This document shows, in pieces, positions 26,902-31,048 of a DNA stretch of 31,048 nucleotides (the stretch's first letter is position 1; every line of letters starts with the position of its first letter). Under the pieces are notes generated by a model, which searched no databases, had not been told where the DNA came from, and saw only the letters and a program-made list of their open reading frames with translations. Position numbers and translations under genes: made by a program. The stretch comes from a virus, in the UHGV virus genome UHGV-0096129; one strand, written 5' to 3'.

Positions 26902-29341
26902 CAATGTAAAATTACAGGTATTGCTCAGGGCTGTTGACCAGGCATCCCGCCCGTTTAAATCCATCCGTACAGCGAGTAAGTCGCTGTCGGGGGATATCCG
27001 GGAAACACAAAAATCACTGCGCGAGCTGAACGGTCACGCATCCCGTATTGAGGGATTCCGCAAGACCAGTGCACAGCTTGCCGTGACTGGTCATGCACTT
27101 GAAAAGGCACGGCAGGAAGCCGAAGCCCTTGCCACACAGTTTAAAAACACCGAACGTCCGACCCGTGCTCAGGCGAAAGTGCTGGAATCCGCAAAGCGTG
27201 CGGCGGAGGACTTACAGGCGAAATATAACCGCCTGACGGATTCCGTTAAACGCCAGCAGCGGGAACTGGCCGCTGTGGGAATTAATACCCGCAATCTTGC
27301 ACATGATGAGCAGGGACTGAAAAACCGTATCAGTGAAACCACCGTACAGCTTAACCGTCAGCGTGACGCGCTGGCGCGTGTCAGTGCGCAACAGGCAAAA
27401 CTTAACGCAGTAAAACAGCGTTATCAGGCCGGAAAGGAACTGGCCGGAAATATGGCCTCAGTGGGCGCTGCCGGTGTGGGGATTGCTGCTGCGGGAACGA
27501 TGGCCGGAGTTAAGTTGCTGATGCCCGGTTATGAGTTTGCGCAGAAAAACTCAGAATTGCAGGCTGTGCTCGGTGTGGCAAAAGACTCCGCCGAAATGGC
27601 CGCATTACGCAAACAGGCGCGCCAGCTCGGCGACAATACCGCCGCCTCGGCAGATGATGCAGCCGGTGCGCAGATTATTATTGCGAAAGCCGGTGGGGAT
27701 GTTGATGCCATTCAGGCGGCAACGCCGGTCACGCTGAACATGGCGCTGGCGAACCGCCGCACGATGGAAGAAAACGCCGCCCTGCTGATGGGGATGAAAT
27801 CCGCCTTTCAGCTTTCAAACGATAAGGTCGCTCATATCGGGGATGTTCTCTCCATGACGATGAACAAAACCGCCGCCGATTTTGACGGCATGAGCGATGC
27901 GCTGACCTATGCCGCACCTGTGGCAAAAAATGCCGGTGTCAGCATTGAAGAAACCGCCGCAATGGTCGGGGCGCTGCATGATGCAAAAATTACAGGCTCA
28001 ATGGCGGGGACGGGAAGCCGTGCCGTGTTAAGTCGCCTGCAGGCACCAACGGGAAAAGCATGGGATGCACTGAAAGAGCTTGGCGTGAAAACCTCAGACA
28101 GTAAAGGGAATACTCGACCAGTATTTACCATTCTGAAAGAAATGCAGGCCAGTTTTGAGAAAAACCGGCTCGGTACTGCCCAGCAGGCTGAATACATGAA
28201 AACTATTTTCGGGGAGGAGGCCAGCTCAGCCGCCGCCGTGCTGATGACTGCCGCCTCAACTGGAAAGCTGGACAAACTGACCGCTGCGTTTAAAGCCTCA
28301 GACGGGAAGACCGCCGAGCTGGTAAATATCATGCAGGACAACCTCGGCGGTGACTTTAAAGAGTTTCAGTCCGCTTATGAGGCGGTGGGGACTGACCTGT
28401 TTGACCAGCAGGAAGGCTCGCTGCGTAAGCTCACGCAGACGGCCACAAAGTATGTGTTAAAACTCGATGGCTGGATACAGAAAAACAAATCACTGGCGTC
28501 AACCATTGGCCTCATTGCCGGTGGCGCGCTGGCGCTTACTGGCATCATCGGTGCAATTGGTCTTGTAGCCTGGCCGGTTATCACCGGCATCAATGCCATC
28601 ATCGCGGCAGCAGGCGCAATGGGGGCAATCTTCACGACGGTTGGCAGTGCTGTTATGACGGCCATCGGGGCGATTAGCTGGCCTGTTGTGGCCGTGGTGG
28701 CCGCCATTGTCGCCGGGGCGTTGCTTATCCGTAAATACTGGGAGCCTGTCAGCGCATTCTTTGGCGGTGTGGTGGAAGGGCTGAAAGCGGCATTTGCGCC
28801 GGTGGGGGAACTGTTCACGCCACTTAAGCCGGTGTTTGACTGGCTGGGCGAAAAGTTACAGGCCGCGTGGCAGTGGTTTAAAAACCTGATTGCCCCGGTT
28901 AAAGCCACCCAGGACACCCTGAACCGTTGCCGTGATACGGGCGTCATGTTCGGGCAGGCACTGGCTGACGCGCTGATGCTGCCGCTTAATGCGTTCAACA
29001 AACTGCGCAGTGGTATTGACTGGGTACTGGAAAAACTCGGTGTTATCAACAAAGAGTCAGACACACTTGACCAGACCGCCGCAAGGACTAATGCCGCCAC
29101 GTATGGCACCGGTGGTTATATTCCGGCGACCAGCTCTTATGCAGGCTATCAGACTTATCAGCCGGTTACGGCACCGGCTGGCCGCTCTTATGTGGACCAG
29201 AGTAAAAACGAATATCACATCAACCTGACGGGCGGTACTGCGCCGGGAACACAGCTTGACCGCCAGTTACAGGATGCGCTCGAAAAATACGAGCGGGATA
29301 AACGTGCGCGCGCCCGTGCCAGCATGATGCATGACGGTTAA
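26894..29341 (+). CDS. T: tail tape-measure protein gpT
   Basis: 815 aa; coiled-coil N-terminal part and a hydrophobic Gly/Ala-rich segment; synteny. Confidence 0.9.
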   Translation: MSNNVKLQVLLRAVDQASRPFKSIRTASKSLSGDIRETQKSLRELNGHASRIEGFRKTSAQLAVTGHALEKARQEAEALATQFKNTERPTRAQAKVLESAKRAAEDLQAKYNRLTDSVKRQQRELAAVGINTRNLAHDEQGLKNRISETTVQLNRQRDALARVSAQQAKLNAVKQRYQAGKELAGNMASVGAAGVGIAAAGTMAGVKLLMPGYEFAQKNSELQAVLGVAKDSAEMAALRKQARQLGDNTAASADDAAGAQIIIAKAGGDVDAIQAATPVTLNMALANRRTMEENAALLMGMKSAFQLSNDKVAHIGDVLSMTMNKTAADFDGMSDALTYAAPVAKNAGVSIEETAAMVGALHDAKITGSMAGTGSRAVLSRLQAPTGKAWDALKELGVKTSDSKGNTRPVFTILKEMQASFEKNRLGTAQQAEYMKTIFGEEASSAAAVLMTAASTGKLDKLTAAFKASDGKTAELVNIMQDNLGGDFKEFQSAYEAVGTDLFDQQEGSLRKLTQTATKYVLKLDGWIQKNKSLASTIGLIAGGALALTGIIGAIGLVAWPVITGINAIIAAAGAMGAIFTTVGSAVMTAIGAISWPVVAVVAAIVAGALLIRKYWEPVSAFFGGVVEGLKAAFAPVGELFTPLKPVFDWLGEKLQAAWQWFKNLIAPVKATQDTLNRCRDTGVMFGQALADALMLPLNAFNKLRSGIDWVLEKLGVINKESDTLDQTAARTNAATYGTGGYIPATSSYAGYQTYQPVTAPAGRSYVDQSKNEYHINLTGGTAPGTQLDRQLQDALEKYERDKRARARASMMHDG

Positions 29342-29355
29342 GGAGGTGACGAAAA

Positions 29356-29835
29356 ATGATGCTCGCGTTAGGTATGTTTGTTTTTATGCGCCAGACACTG
29401 CCACACCAGACCATGCAGCGTGAATCGGATTATCGCTGGCCGTCAAATTCCCGTATCGGTAAACGGGATGCCTACCAGTTTCTCGGTGTGGGTGAGGAAA
29501 ACATCACGCTGGCCGGTGTGCTTTATCCCGAACTGACCGGCGGAAAGCTGACGATGACCACGCTCAGGCTGATGGCAGATGAAGGCCGGGCGTGGCCGTT
29601 GCTGGATGGCACCGGCATGATTTACGGCATGTATGTCATCAGCAAGGTGAGTGAAACAGGGAGTATTTTCTTTACAGACGGCACACCCCGGAAAATTGAT
29701 TTTACGCTGTCGCTCACCCGCGTTGATGAATCACTGGCCGCGCTTTATGGCGATATCGGTAAACAGGCGGAGTCGCTCATCGGTAAGGCCGGTAGTCTGG
29801 CGACCAGATTCACGGGGATGACGGGGGCGGAATAA
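29356..29835 (+). CDS. U: tail protein gpU
   Basis: 159 aa; synteny. Confidence 0.85.
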   Translation: MMLALGMFVFMRQTLPHQTMQRESDYRWPSNSRIGKRDAYQFLGVGEENITLAGVLYPELTGGKLTMTTLRLMADEGRAWPLLDGTGMIYGMYVISKVSETGSIFFTDGTPRKIDFTLSLTRVDESLAALYGDIGKQAESLIGKAGSLATRFTGMTGAE

Positions 29836-30998
29836 TGCTGGATGCGCTGACATTTGATGCAGGCAGTACGCTGACGCCGGATTACATGCTGATGCTCGAC
29901 AGCAGGGATATTACCGGCAATATCAGCGACCGTCTGATGAGCATGACCCTGACGGATAACCGGGGCTTTGAGGCTGACCAGCTTGATATTGAACTGAACG
30001 ATGCCGACGGGCAGGTCGAGCTGCCGGTTCGTGGCGCTGTCCTGACGGTGTATATCGGCTGGAAAGGTTTTGCCCTGGTATGCAAAGGGAAATTTACCGT
30101 TGATGAGGTTGAACACCGGGGCGCACCGGATGTGGTCACCATCCGCGCCCGGAGTGCAGATTTTCGCGGGACGCTCAATTCCCGCCGGGAAGGCTCATGG
30201 CATGACACCACGCTCGGTGCGATTGTTGAAGCGATAGCCTCCCGTAACAGGCTGGAAGCCAGTGTCGCGCCGTCACTGGCCGGAATTAAAATCCCGCACA
30301 TCGACCAGTCGCAGGAGTCTGATGCGAAATTCCTGACCCGTCTTGCAGAACGCAACGGCGGTGAGGTGTCGGTAAAAATGGGAAAACTGCTGTTTCTCAA
30401 AGCGGGGCAGGGGGTGACTGCCAGCGGTAAAAAAATCCCGCAGATTACCATCACCCGCAGCGACGGTGACCGTCATCATTTTGCGATTGCTGACCGTGGA
30501 GCCTATACCGGCGTAACGGCAAAGTGGTTACACACCAAAGACCCGAAACCACAAAAGCAGAAGGTAAAACTGAAACGCAAAAAGAAAGAAAAACACCTGC
30601 GCGCACTGGAGCACCCGAAAGCGAAACCAGTCACGCAGAAGAAAGCGCCAAAAGTACCGGAAGCGCGCGAAGGTGAATACATGGCCGGTGAGGCTGACAA
30701 TGTTTTTGCACTGACCACGGTATATGCCACGAAAGCACAGGCCATGCGCGCCGCTCAGGCGAAGTGGGATAAACTGCAACGGGGTGTAGCGGAGTTCTCC
30801 ATCAGTCTGGCTACTGGTCGGGCAGATATTTACACGGAAACGCCGGTCAAAGTGTCAGGTTTTAAGCGCGTCATAGACGAGCAGGACTGGACAATCACTA
30901 AGGTGACACATTTTCTGAATAATAGCGGCTTCACGACGTCCTTGGAGCTTGAGGTCAGGCTTTCTGATGTGGAGTACGAAACAGAAGATGATGAGTGA
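29835..30998 (+). CDS. D: tail protein gpD (late control gene D)
   Basis: 387 aa; ATGA-type coupling to U; last gene of the FI-operon order in P2. Confidence 0.85.
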   Translation: MLDALTFDAGSTLTPDYMLMLDSRDITGNISDRLMSMTLTDNRGFEADQLDIELNDADGQVELPVRGAVLTVYIGWKGFALVCKGKFTVDEVEHRGAPDVVTIRARSADFRGTLNSRREGSWHDTTLGAIVEAIASRNRLEASVAPSLAGIKIPHIDQSQESDAKFLTRLAERNGGEVSVKMGKLLFLKAGQGVTASGKKIPQITITRSDGDRHHFAIADRGAYTGVTAKWLHTKDPKPQKQKVKLKRKKKEKHLRALEHPKAKPVTQKKAPKVPEAREGEYMAGEADNVFALTTVYATKAQAMRAAQAKWDKLQRGVAEFSISLATGRADIYTETPVKVSGFKRVIDEQDWTITKVTHFLNNSGFTTSLELEVRLSDVEYETEDDE

Positions 30999-31048
30999 TG
31001 TTTTTATTTTATCTGTTTGTTTTATAAGGATAAATTAACTAAAATGGC

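Noticed and set aside
28375-29109. 244-aa minus-strand ORF and other antisense ORFs inside the tape-measure gene T
   Set aside because: Ala/Ser/Thr-rich antisense shadow of the GC-rich T gene; no start context.
31043-31048. ATG at the very end of the window, possibly the start of the next gene (ogr position in P2)
   Set aside because: Only 6 nt available; the first codons do not match what I recall of Ogr (MFHC...), and the feature is truncated.
1-31048. Search for tRNA genes, CRISPR arrays, integrase or transposase genes and attachment sites
   Set aside because: No regularly spaced direct repeats, no cloverleaf-like tRNA candidates noticed, and no integrase- or transposase-like ORF; the int/C/cox region and the att sites of the prophage lie outside this window.

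Overview
This window is most of a P2-like (Peduovirus-type) prophage of an enterobacterial host, running from the early replication genes (B, orf80-83-like, A) across the cohesive-end site to the late morphogenesis and lysis genes (Q P | O N M L X Y K lysA lysB lysC R S V W J I H G | FI FII E E' T U D). Gene order, orientation and almost every protein length match P2 as I recall it, and a sequence I recall as the P2 cos site sits mid-window at 8231-8249, as expected for an integrated P2 genome. Against this conserved, GC-richer backbone there are two visibly AT-rich accessory (moron) islands at the two classic P2 cargo hotspots. The first lies between gene A and cos, where P2 carries orf91/tin/old. 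Here it holds a DUF3850/ASCH-like gene, a translationally coupled small ORF, a forward two-gene module (a 243-aa protein with two N-terminal hydrophobic helices plus a 198-aa protein with no recognisable motif), and a convergent 451-aa gene with a C-terminal FRG-type domain and an unrecognised N-terminal domain. The second lies between G and FI (the P2 Z/fun position) and holds a reverse-strand 259-aa membrane-anchored, coiled-coil-like protein. These hotspot cargo genes are the best candidates for uncharacterised anti-phage or superinfection-exclusion functions. No tRNA, rRNA, CRISPR array, integrase or transposase was seen. All homology statements rest on motif and synteny recognition from memory, with no database search; coordinates of small regulatory elements are approximate hypotheses.
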